Part shown: one piece after another, positions 1-7,067 of the stretch
How the letters are laid out: every line of letters starts with the position of its first letter
Position numbering within the stretch: position 1 is the first letter of the stretch
The notes under the pieces: model-generated
Told to the model about the DNA's origin: nothing
The model's database searches: none
What the model saw: only the letters and a program-made list of their open reading frames with translations
DNA from: a virus
IMG/VR virus record: IMGVR_UViG_3300010370_000030
Coordinates: 1 to 64,000 of that record
Direction: 5' to 3' (one strand)
DNA length: 64,000 nucleotides
Translations under genes and position numbers: made by a program

Positions 1-288
1 AAAGAGCTAGAAGAACATGTCTGGTTCCAGCATAGAAGCTATATTGGTAGAGCAAGACTAATGAGAATGAAACCAAAGACATGCCTGACATATCATAAAG
101 ATGATAGTAGTATGAGATTACATATTCCTATAGTGACTAATGAAGGATGTTTCTTCATTAATAATGAGATAGTAGGTAAGATGCATGATACAGGAAGACT
201 TTACCTTTATGATGTGAAATCAAAGCATACAGCAGTTAATGCATCGAGAGAAGATAGAATTCATCTAGTCGTTAACTGCTATCAGTGA
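1..288 (+). CDS. 2OG-Fe(II) oxygenase, AspH-like (5' partial)
   Basis: Frame open from base 1; H-K-D, RLHIP, HTAVN, RIHL motifs typical of Asp/Asn beta-hydroxylase-like domains. Confidence 0.75.
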   Translation, partial: KELEEHVWFQHRSYIGRARLMRMKPKTCLTYHKDDSSMRLHIPIVTNEGCFFINNEIVGKMHDTGRLYLYDVKSKHTAVNASREDRIHLVVNCYQ

Positions 289-878
289 TGAATTACTTCC
301 CATATGAATTTAAATTCGTATCTATCCTTAGTGACTGGGCTTTGAGTGGGGATACTAAGTTTTTAACAAAGATCAACTCCTTCTTCCGTAAGCAGTGGAC
401 ACCGGGTCTGAGGTATGTTATGGAAAAGGTAGAGGAAGAATTATGTGAGTATGGCCTTCCTCGCGTTATATCAGTTAACGTGTTTAATAGACCAGCTCAT
501 GATGAGCAGATTATTCATATTGATTACTTAAAACTGTTGAACGGAACAGTTATTCCTACATCTGTTGCATACAACATACCCATTATAGGCAATGATTCCT
601 CAATAATGAGGTGGTGGGATGGAGAATATGAGTTGGTGTACTTCGAGAAAGAACAACCGCCCCCATTACCACGCATATCAACATATAGAATAAAATGGAT
701 TACCCAACCACTTGTTGTTGATGAGCTTTACATATCAAAACCACACTTTGTCAGAATAGACCAACCACATAACGTTCAAATAGGTAACCAGGATAGGATA
801 CTGATATCACTGAGGTTTGAATCAAAAGTGACCATAGAAGAAGCTAGTGAGTGCGTAGGATATACCGGTTACCTATAA
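285..878 (+). CDS. Cupin/2OG-Fe(II) oxygenase-like protein
   Basis: HID...NIPI...PHNV...R-x-x-ISLRF pattern shared with ORFs at 22898 and 25611. Confidence 0.55.
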   Translation: MMNYFPYEFKFVSILSDWALSGDTKFLTKINSFFRKQWTPGLRYVMEKVEEELCEYGLPRVISVNVFNRPAHDEQIIHIDYLKLLNGTVIPTSVAYNIPIIGNDSSIMRWWDGEYELVYFEKEQPPPLPRISTYRIKWITQPLVVDELYISKPHFVRIDQPHNVQIGNQDRILISLRFESKVTIEEASECVGYTGYL

Positions 879-1085
879 TGTATAGAACCTGTTAGTCCCC
901 ATCTTGAGGACTTCGTTTACCTAGCTTTAGGATATTCTTTTTACTAAACCGTTTACCTATTATTTTACGTAGCGTAGTACAATCACAAAATAATTAATTT
1001 TTTACTAGTCTTGCGGAGTTACGTTACCTAAGCCTAGTAGCATAATAGAGTTTCAACGGAGTTTCCTGCATTGTAGGATAAGATA

Positions 1086-1318
1086 TTTTGCATAGTAGGA
1101 AATGCGTTTAAATACGGGGGGTGGTGTGAGGTGATTTGGACCTCAGACTCTCTCAAAAGTCAACAGACCATCTCTCAATCACTTTCCCATAATACAAAAT
1201 CATTTCCCACAATACAAAATACTCCCCACCTCAACATTTCATACCTCAACTATTCACATCTAAACATTTCATACCTCAACAATCCCACAATACAAAATCA
1301 TTTCCTACAATGTAAAAA
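1086..1318. repeat. About 20-nt dispersed repeat (CATTTCCyAcAATrcAAAAT) plus AACATTTCATACCTCAAC x2
   Basis: Copies near 1181-1200, 1201-1220, 1281-1298, 1299-1318 and an inverted copy near 1086-1104. Confidence 0.7.
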
Positions 1319-1330
1319 ACCCCTCCAAAT

Positions 1331-1368
1331 AAAAAAAAAGAATCTAGCTTTTACACTAGATTCTTTTT
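1331..1368 (-). terminator. Rho-independent terminator of the C-free gene (possibly bidirectional)
   Basis: Stem AAAAAGAATCTAG / CTAGATTCTTTTT with 8-nt loop; U9 tract on the minus strand. Confidence 0.8.
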
Positions 1369-1383
1369 AATTATCAACCCCTT

Positions 1384-1773
1384 CTAATCATTCTTCACAT
1401 TCACAAACACACTATACTCCTCCTCACCATAACTCACACAATACATCCACTCCTCATTCCCACTCTCCCACAACATAAACCCATCATCATACCACTCATT
1501 CCAATCACAATCCTCATCATCACATTCCTCTCCAAACTCCTTCCTAATATTCTCCTTCCACTCCTCAAACCCCATATACTCATCACTCTTCCTAAACTCC
1601 TCTAACCCTCCCCTACATCCAAACACAAACTCATATACTCCATCCCCTCCCTCTTCAATAATCTCCACAATATCACTATACTCAAACCCATTATTCAAAT
1701 ACTCAATCTCACTCTTCATCTTCTCAATCATCACACTCACATTCACAACTTTATTAATCACAACTTTACTCAT
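1384..1773 (-). CDS. Cytosine-free, highly acidic 129-aa protein (DNA-mimic / anti-defence candidate)
   Basis: ATG at 1773 with GGAG 6 nt upstream; own promoter and terminator; no C in the coding strand; 35 D/E versus 11 K/R; no A, P, T, H or Q. Confidence 0.85.
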   Translation of the reverse strand: MSKVVINKVVNVSVMIEKMKSEIEYLNNGFEYSDIVEIIEEGGDGVYEFVFGCRGGLEEFRKSDEYMGFEEWKENIRKEFGEECDDEDCDWNEWYDDGFMLWESGNEEWMYCVSYGEEEYSVFVNVKND

Positions 1774-1815
1774 TTCTCTCTCCATTAAATTAAACACCTC
1801 TCAAACAACAACAAC

Positions 1816-1845
1816 ATATTATAACAAACACATTCTCTCATCAAC
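1816..1845 (-). promoter_or_regulatory. Sigma70-type early promoter, C-free variant
   Basis: GTTGATG-N17-TAATAT, also containing extended -10 TGTTATAAT; parallels GTTGACC-N17-TAATAT at 3264 and 3639. Confidence 0.75.
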
Positions 1846-1864
1846 TCTCTATCAAAATACCCAA

Positions 1865-1902
1865 GTCAACAGTAAGCTCATTCAAAAGACCATACTGTTG
1901 AC
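1865..1902. repeat. Inverted repeat GTCAACAGTA/TACTGTTGAC (back-to-back -35-like boxes)
   Basis: Perfect 10-bp inverted repeat with 18-nt spacer; marks the right edge of the G-free tract. Confidence 0.6.
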
Positions 1903-2074
1903 AAGCTCATGCAAAGTATGAGACAATGAGTGGGGGACCGTTTGCGCGGGGTTGGCGGTGGCGCGCTCTCGCCGTCCATCCCCAGAGTGCCTGTTCGAAC
2001 GCATAGAGACATCATCCATAAAAAAAGAGACCAAGACAACAGACCACATATCCTACATTGTAGGAAATAAATAT

Positions 2075-2104
2075 GTTGACTTCTGTTTTGGTCTATGAGA
2101 CAGT
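2075..2104 (+). promoter_or_regulatory. Repeated early promoter 1
   Basis: GTTGACT-N17 containing TGGTCT-GACAGT-GGCC. Confidence 0.7.
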
Positions 2105-2130
2105 GGCCTTGTCGTTAAACAAAAGGACTA

Positions 2131-2265
2131 ATGATGAAGGCAATCTACAAAGGGACGGAGTACTACATCATCTCTGTGCTTGGCGAATTGATCGAGATCG
2201 CCCCTACCAAACACGGTGCAGGGTCGTTCCTTGCGCATAAAGACTTTATCACCATTGTGGAGTAA
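2131..2265 (+). CDS. Hypothetical 44-aa protein (not in ORF track)
   Basis: MMKAIYKGTEYY...ITIVE; AAGGA RBS; follows promoter. Confidence 0.7.
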   Translation: MMKAIYKGTEYYIISVLGELIEIAPTKHGAGSFLAHKDFITIVE

Positions 2266-2267
2266 TC

Positions 2268-2441
2268 ATGAAGCGAAGCGCTATCAAGACTGGCATCTGG
2301 GGCGGCTTTGCCGCCTGGGTAGGAGTGCAGACATACAGGCTGATCACAGCCGTTGTCATGTTCATCCAATTGGTGTTCGGACTCTCTCTTGCTGCTGTAT
2401 CGCTCTGGATCGCCGTACACTACAATCTAATACCCAACTGA
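2268..2441 (+). CDS. Small membrane protein, 57 aa (not in ORF track)
   Basis: MKRSAIKTGIWGGFAAWVG...; GGAG RBS; hydrophobic segments. Confidence 0.7.
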   Translation: MKRSAIKTGIWGGFAAWVGVQTYRLITAVVMFIQLVFGLSLAAVSLWIAVHYNLIPN

Positions 2442-2471
2442 GTTGACCTGGTATTTGGTCTGTGCTATACT
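2442..2471 (+). promoter_or_regulatory. Repeated early promoter 2
   Basis: GTTGACC-N17(TGGTCT)-TATACT. Confidence 0.85.
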
Positions 2472-2498
2472 GACCTCACTGTTCAAATGGAGTTCCAA

Positions 2499-2855
2499 AT
2501 GAAAGTGTTCGTGTACTTCAACTTGCACAAGAAGTGCTGGTCTGTCAAAGCTCTCGAGGGTCCCCGCAAGGGCCGGGTGGTCCAGCATGCGAAGACTATC
2601 GCTCTGCATAACGTCACATTCAAGGTGTCCGAGGCTGGACGTCAACGAGTGCTGCGGGAGAAGAAGAAGAATGTGCATGCAGGAGCTGTTGGCACGCTGG
2701 ATGTGTACTCATATGAGCCCAGCTCTGTTGACGGTCTCGCCAAGGTCTCATACAATCCCTACAAGGCAGGACACTTCGTCAACAAAGAGACGAATGAGCC
2801 TGTCTACACCGCGCAGTATGCGTATCTCATTGACAAAACCGTGATGGTGAAATAA
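2499..2855 (+). CDS. Conserved phage hypothetical protein
   Basis: VYFNLHKK...GRQRVLREKKKNVHA...YNPY motif family; GGAG RBS. Confidence 0.8.
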   Translation: MKVFVYFNLHKKCWSVKALEGPRKGRVVQHAKTIALHNVTFKVSEAGRQRVLREKKKNVHAGAVGTLDVYSYEPSSVDGLAKVSYNPYKAGHFVNKETNEPVYTAQYAYLIDKTVMVK

Positions 2856-3263
2856 ATGTTTGATTCCACTCGCTTCGCTTCCTACAACGACTACAACGAC
2901 TATCTCACCCGCAAGCTCGCTCATTACAATGAGTGGCTGGGAGATCCCAAGCGGACGTTCAAGAATGGTCCCTACCCAGGGTTCCCTGAGGACCTCGAGC
3001 ATGCAGCTCGTATCCAGTCCTTCAAGAAGGCAGCTGCTCAGGAGTTCGAGAAGAAGGCGAACCCTCCCATTGAGCGCAAGAAGAAGTCAAAGAAGGCAAA
3101 GAAGACTGCTGATGGTGGTCCTACCAAACAAGAGCGTGCTGTTGACATCTTCAAGCGTTTGAGTGGGGAGAAGGCTGCGACCATCCAAGCAATCCAGGAT
3201 GAGCTCGGCATGTCGCTCGCTGGTGCCACTACATACTTCTACAATGCAAAGAAGTTGGTCTGA
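2856..3263 (+). CDS. Two-domain protein with HTH-like C-terminus
   Basis: C-terminus GMSLAGATTYFYNAKK matches ORF 5012; N-terminus matches ORF 13016. Confidence 0.8.
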   Translation: MFDSTRFASYNDYNDYLTRKLAHYNEWLGDPKRTFKNGPYPGFPEDLEHAARIQSFKKAAAQEFEKKANPPIERKKKSKKAKKTADGGPTKQERAVDIFKRLSGEKAATIQAIQDELGMSLAGATTYFYNAKKLV

Positions 3264-3306
3264 GTTGACCTAAGGTCTGGTCTGTTGTAATATGGCCAGA
3301 CCTTAA
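3264..3306 (+). promoter_or_regulatory. Repeated early promoter 3 with stem-loop
   Basis: GTTGACC-N17-TAATAT; AAGGTCTGGTC/GGCCAGACCTT stem encloses the -10. Confidence 0.85.
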
Positions 3307-3319
3307 CAAGGAGATAGAG

Positions 3320-3631
3320 ATGTCAGTTCAAATCAAATCTGTTGTTCGTCCTACTCAACTCGTTCGCAATGTAATGTACAAACACGAGAGTACACGTGGA
3401 CTCGTGTTCACAAACAAGTACAAAACTTGTAGAACTGTCAAGTGCTATTTTGATCCCAAAGTAGGTGCAGAGGAACTCATTTCAGACATCACATCAGTTC
3501 TACAAACAGCAGGTGTACAAGAGTTCAAAATCAAAACCCTAAAGTACACGGATCCATTTCTCTTGGGTCGTATGTGTTACACCTTTAATTCTCTCATTGT
3601 AAGAATCCCTTTCTCAGAACAAGCTCAATAA
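3320..3631 (+). CDS. Hypothetical protein (cassette between near-identical promoters)
   Basis: AAGGAG RBS; ORF track. Confidence 0.75.
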   Translation: MSVQIKSVVRPTQLVRNVMYKHESTRGLVFTNKYKTCRTVKCYFDPKVGAEELISDITSVLQTAGVQEFKIKTLKYTDPFLLGRMCYTFNSLIVRIPFSEQAQ

Positions 3632-3638
3632 ACAAATA

Positions 3639-3681
3639 GTTGACCTAAGGTCTGGTCTGTAGTAATATGGCCAGACCTTAA
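3639..3681 (+). promoter_or_regulatory. Repeated early promoter 4 (near-identical to 3)
   Basis: Identical to 3264-3306 except one base. Confidence 0.85.
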
Positions 3682-3695
3682 ATAAGGAGATTGAG

Positions 3696-3923
3696 ATGTA
3701 CGTTCAAGTCTACATTCCTACTGTGATTCTCGAGATGGTTGAAGAGGCCTTTGAAGGGCTCTTTGGCCGCAGGCCTACCACAAAGGAGCTGCGGGACTTC
3801 TTCGCAGCAGACGTAGCAACACTGTACGATCAAGGCATTCACGAAGCTCCTACAAACGAGCTCGAGGACTCCCTCCATCACTTCTTCTATCACAAATTCA
3901 ACACTCCTCCGGAGGCTGCATAA
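3696..3923 (+). CDS. Hypothetical acidic protein
   Basis: AAGGAG RBS; ORF track. Confidence 0.75.
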   Translation: MYVQVYIPTVILEMVEEAFEGLFGRRPTTKELRDFFAADVATLYDQGIHEAPTNELEDSLHHFFYHKFNTPPEAA

Positions 3924-4060
3924 TGAGCTGGGCACGCAAGATGGCTGACAAGCGGAAGATCAATCGTGTATTGGTCCGCTGCAAGAATGTCCGACACAAC
4001 GACAAGCGTACTAAGGTAATGGAGCGTGAGCTCCGCAAAGAAGAGCGAGGTGTAGCATGA
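3923..4060 (+). CDS. Small basic protein, 45 aa
   Basis: MSWARKMADKRK...; TAATG coupling; GGAGG RBS. Confidence 0.65.
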   Translation: MSWARKMADKRKINRVLVRCKNVRHNDKRTKVMERELRKEERGVA

Positions 4061-4218
4061 GCCGTGCGAAAGAACTCCTGGAAGACATCAAAGAAGATAT
4101 CCGCGATGGGTTCCTCTCCGACAAAAGCATTGCACGGAAGTATGATGTGCCTATTGAATGGGTGTACATTGCGTGGGACCAGCTCTGTCAAGAAGAACAT
4201 AATTGTGAGTTGACCTGA
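4057..4218 (+). CDS. Small HTH-like protein, 53 aa
   Basis: MSRAKELLEDI...SDKSIARKYDVPIEWV; ATGA overlap. Confidence 0.65.
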   Translation: MSRAKELLEDIKEDIRDGFLSDKSIARKYDVPIEWVYIAWDQLCQEEHNCELT

Positions 4219-4238
4219 TACCTGGTCTATAGTATGAT
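4209..4238 (+). promoter_or_regulatory. Repeated early promoter 5
   Basis: GTTGACC-N17(TGGTCT)-TATGAT-GGCC. Confidence 0.85.
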
Positions 4239-4266
4239 GGCCTCACGTTAAACAAAGGAGTTAGTA

Positions 4267-4497
4267 ATGAGCCAAGCACAATTCTTCTACGAAGTCAATC
4301 GGGAGCAAGCAGAGATGGAAGATGTCAACGCCGAGCTGCAGATCCTTGCAGACGAAGTGCAGCAGGAAGTAATCGAAGAGCAGTTCCGTCGGTTCCTGCA
4401 GGAAGTATTCGGAGCTCTCTACGAGGAGATCGATCTGGGTTGTGAGTTCGACCTCATCCAGGATATGGAAGCTGGTTGGGACCTTCATAAGGCCTGA
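4267..4497 (+). CDS. Acidic small protein
   Basis: 20 D/E in 76 aa; AAGGAG RBS. Confidence 0.75.
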   Translation: MSQAQFFYEVNREQAEMEDVNAELQILADEVQQEVIEEQFRRFLQEVFGALYEEIDLGCEFDLIQDMEAGWDLHKA

Positions 4498-4527
4498 GTT
4501 GACCAAAGGGCTGGTCTAGTATAGACT
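4498..4527 (+). promoter_or_regulatory. Repeated early promoter 6
   Basis: GTTGACC-N17(TGGTCT)-TAGACT-GGCC with stem. Confidence 0.85.
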
Positions 4528-4552
4528 GGCCCTACTTTAACAGGAGATGGTA

Positions 4553-4954
4553 ATGAAAGCTGGAACGTACTACATCGGTGACCTCTGCTATGTGTTCAAC
4601 ATGGACGACTGGAATGATGTGTGCAACATCACGATGGATGGACGTGAGGGTGAGTTTGAGCTGCCAGATGGTCGCAAGTTCGCACTCTACAACACTGCAT
4701 ATGGTGATGGAGAGTACAACGACCAGTTTGGCAACAAATACCCTGTCGACTCTGGCACTATCGGATGTGTGTTGTGGAAAGACACTTCTCGCTATGAGTA
4801 CATCCTTGCTGATGTGGGTGCTGTTGTTGACATGAAAGAGGATTTCGATACCTGCTCAGATGGGAACGGTCTCATCAAAATCGGTAGCACGACTATCGAC
4901 ACTGCCGAAGAATGGCTCGATCAGTATGATGAAGAGAATGAAGAATGGAGTTGA
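4553..4954 (+). CDS. Conserved acidic phage protein
   Basis: YYIGDLCY...TAYGDG...VDSGTIG motifs; AGGAG RBS. Confidence 0.75.
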   Translation: MKAGTYYIGDLCYVFNMDDWNDVCNITMDGREGEFELPDGRKFALYNTAYGDGEYNDQFGNKYPVDSGTIGCVLWKDTSRYEYILADVGAVVDMKEDFDTCSDGNGLIKIGSTTIDTAEEWLDQYDEENEEWS

Positions 4955-4979
4955 CCTGAAATCTGGTCTATGGTATGCT
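4950..4979 (+). promoter_or_regulatory. Repeated early promoter 7
   Basis: GTTGACC-N17(TGGTCT)-TATGCT-GGCC. Confidence 0.85.
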
Positions 4980-5011
4980 GGCCTTACGTTAATCAATTAA
5001 AGGAGTTTCAA

Positions 5012-5320
5012 ATGAACCAAGTCTTCTCAATGCTCACCCAGTCCCTCATCGATGGCAAAGATGCTGCTGCTGCAGTAGTTGCTCCTGCAAAGAAGAAAGC
5101 TGTCCGGGCTAAGCCTGCAGCGAAGAAGGATCTTGCAGAGCAGGTGGTCGAAGTAGTAAAGCTAAAGGCTCGCCCAGGCACGAAGGCTGATCTCGCTCTG
5201 GAGATCGTGCAGAAGGCAGGCACTCGTAAAGAAGCGATCGCTGAGATCATGGATGTGTGTGGTATGACGGTGCAGGGAGCAACGACGTACTACTACAATG
5301 CAAAGAAGAAGCTGGCCTAA
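5012..5320 (+). CDS. Lys/Ala-rich protein with HTH-like C-terminus
   Basis: GMTVQGATTYYYNAKK paralogous to ORF 2856; AAGGAG RBS. Confidence 0.8.
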   Translation: MNQVFSMLTQSLIDGKDAAAAVVAPAKKKAVRAKPAAKKDLAEQVVEVVKLKARPGTKADLALEIVQKAGTRKEAIAEIMDVCGMTVQGATTYYYNAKKKLA

Positions 5321-5357
5321 GTTGACAACAAGGCTGGCCTACAACAGGCCAGCCTTT
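5321..5357 (+). promoter_or_regulatory. Degenerate repeat unit: -35 box plus perfect hairpin, no -10
   Basis: GTTGACA followed by AAGGCTGGCCT/AGGCCAGCCTT. Confidence 0.55.
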
Positions 5358-5379
5358 CATTCATCATAAGGAGTCTATT

Positions 5380-5682
5380 ATGTTCGCAATGCCTAACACT
5401 CGTCAAGTTCGTCGTATCATTCGTGAAGCTGCTCGTGATATCGGTGTCACGTTCGAGCGTCATTCGTGGACAGACAAAGTGGATGTTGAGAATCCGAAGC
5501 TGCGTCAGGTCTGCTTGAGTCCTCTCTATCTGGGACCTGAGCCTCACAGCAAGTATGACGAGCTGATCAACATTATCCGCAATCGTCTTGCTCAACACAA
5601 CCTCCTCATCATTCAAGGGTTGTCTGATCATCTCTATGTTCGGTTCTATGGCGAGATCGCCCCTCGCAAAAAAAAGGTCTGA
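5380..5682 (+). CDS. Hypothetical protein
   Basis: AAGGAG RBS; ORF track. Confidence 0.7.
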   Translation: MFAMPNTRQVRRIIREAARDIGVTFERHSWTDKVDVENPKLRQVCLSPLYLGPEPHSKYDELINIIRNRLAQHNLLIIQGLSDHLYVRFYGEIAPRKKKV

Positions 5683-5687
5683 CCTGA

Positions 5688-5717
5688 GTTGACCGTGAGG
5701 CTGGTCTATGGGATACT
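5688..5717 (+). promoter_or_regulatory. Repeated early promoter 9
   Basis: GTTGACC-N17(TGGTCT)-GATACT-GGCC. Confidence 0.8.
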
Positions 5718-5745
5718 GGCCTCACGTTAAACAAAGGAGTTAGTG

Positions 5746-5943
5746 ATGTACATCAATCTTCAGCCGAGCAAGACCTACAAGACCCGCGAGAACGCCATCA
5801 AGGCAGCGATGACGCAGGTCTGCAGCAAGCGTGACGATCTGCGGTTCATCATCAGCATCACGGAAGACGGTCGCTTCTTCCCAGTGTTCCTTGGTGTCAA
5901 TGCTCTGCCGGTGATCCACATCGGATTCTGTGTGGCAGCCTAA
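5746..5943 (+). CDS. Hypothetical protein
   Basis: KTYKTRENAIKA...GRFFPVF; AAGGAG RBS. Confidence 0.7.
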   Translation: MYINLQPSKTYKTRENAIKAAMTQVCSKRDDLRFIISITEDGRFFPVFLGVNALPVIHIGFCVAA

Positions 5944-5945
5944 GA

Positions 5946-5980
5946 GTTGACCAGGCCAGTGTTCTGAGGGATACTGGCCT
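5946..5980 (+). promoter_or_regulatory. Repeated early promoter 10
   Basis: GTTGACC-N17-GATACT; AGGCCAGT/ACTGGCCT stem. Confidence 0.8.
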
Positions 5981-6000
5981 CACTGTTAAACAAGGAGCTA

Positions 6001-6243
6001 ATGATGAGTGCAAACGAGATCAAAGTCTACGGCATGTCGGTCGAGCGCATCCAGGAAGAGTATGTCAACAGCATCACGGCTCAGTGCTGCGGCCTGGAGA
6101 TGGTTGTGGCTGGCATCCTGAGCGATGTGCAAGAGGTTGTGCCGTTTGACCATGTCAGGCCCGAGCAAATCCGTCAGCAGCTGAACATCGCTAAGTACCT
6201 CCTTACGCTGATGGCTCGGCAACGTCGTGAGCAGGTAGCATGA
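6001..6243 (+). CDS. Hypothetical protein
   Basis: AAGGAG RBS; ORF track. Confidence 0.75.
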   Translation: MMSANEIKVYGMSVERIQEEYVNSITAQCCGLEMVVAGILSDVQEVVPFDHVRPEQIRQQLNIAKYLLTLMARQRREQVA

Positions 6244-6425
6244 AGTACTCAGAGATGTCCTTCGTCGCCTTCCTGCAGGCGGCGGAGGATTATGCAGAAG
6301 CAGAGGGTATGCTGGCGGAGTTCACGACTACGTACCAGTACTACAGGGTGTACTGCAGTGTGAAGGACAGCACACTGCTTGCCCTCAACGATGTGTTCGG
6401 CAGAGAATGTCCTCTCATTCATTAA
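6240..6425 (+). CDS. Hypothetical protein
   Basis: ATGA coupling. Confidence 0.65.
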   Translation: MKYSEMSFVAFLQAAEDYAEAEGMLAEFTTTYQYYRVYCSVKDSTLLALNDVFGRECPLIH

Positions 6426-6435
6426 GGAGTTCAAC

Positions 6436-6795
6436 ATGAGTACTCGTGCATTCATCGGCATGCAACAGAGCAACGGCAAACTGATTGGCAACTACTGTCA
6501 CTATGATGGATACCCGTCGCACGTCGGTAAGCAGCTTGTTGCGTACTACAGCACCGCTGAGCATGCCATCGCTCTGATCGGTGGTCCGCAGATCCGCTGC
6601 TTTGTTGAAGGGGAAGTCGAGCGCTTCAAGGACAGCGATATTGGCACGGAGACATTTGAGAGTGTGGATGAGGTACTCAACAGCGGCTACGACTACTGCT
6701 ACCTCTTCTCCAAGGAGGAGCAGTGCTGGAAGTGTTTCGGTCGGGATTATGGCCCCTACGCATCCATCATCGTCTCCAAAGAGATCCCGCGTTGA
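6436..6795 (+). CDS. Conserved phage protein (YCHxDGYP family)
   Basis: MSTRAFIG...YCHYDGYP; AAGGAG RBS. Confidence 0.8.
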   Translation: MSTRAFIGMQQSNGKLIGNYCHYDGYPSHVGKQLVAYYSTAEHAIALIGGPQIRCFVEGEVERFKDSDIGTETFESVDEVLNSGYDYCYLFSKEEQCWKCFGRDYGPYASIIVSKEIPR

Positions 6796-6820
6796 CCTGT
6801 TACCTGGTCTAGGGGATACT
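6791..6820 (+). promoter_or_regulatory. Repeated early promoter 11
   Basis: GTTGACC-N17(TGGTCT)-GATACT. Confidence 0.8.
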
Positions 6821-6849
6821 CTCCCTACTGTCAAACAAAGGAGCTGATC

Positions 6850-7065
6850 ATGCAACAACAGAGCTGGGTGAAAGATGGCGAGCGTATCCGTGGGAACTAC
6901 CATGGGAAGGTTGTGGAGGGTGTTGTGCATGACAGCCGAGTAAAGTACGGCGGCATGGTACAGTACAGAGTCATGCTTGACAACACTGTTCGCCTGCCAT
7001 GGCGCTCTGAGCCAGTCAGCGTAGTCTTGCTCGACGAGAGCGAAGTGCTCCCCAGCGAAGTTTGA
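6850..7065 (+). CDS. Hypothetical protein (SH3-like pattern)
   Basis: AAGGAG RBS; G-x-V-x-G-x-V...SRVKYGG-x-VQY. Confidence 0.7.
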   Translation: MQQQSWVKDGERIRGNYHGKVVEGVVHDSRVKYGGMVQYRVMLDNTVRLPWRSEPVSVVLLDESEVLPSEV

Positions 7066-7067
7066 GT

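Noticed and set aside
1131-1370. 79-aa + strand ORF
   Set aside because: By-product of G depletion (TAG and TGA cannot occur); it translates non-coding repeats and runs through the terminator hairpin
1774-1797. GTG start at 1797 for the C-free gene
   Set aside because: ATG at 1773 has a GGAG at 6 nt; the extension is possible but less supported
2163-2446. Track ORFs 2163-2420(-) and 2216-2446(+)
   Set aside because: Two shorter RBS-led ORFs (2131-2265 and 2268-2441) fit the promoter layout better
2075-6820. CRISPR array or integron attC array
   Set aside because: Repeats are promoter-shaped, spacing is gene-sized and irregular, and no cas or integrase gene is present in the window
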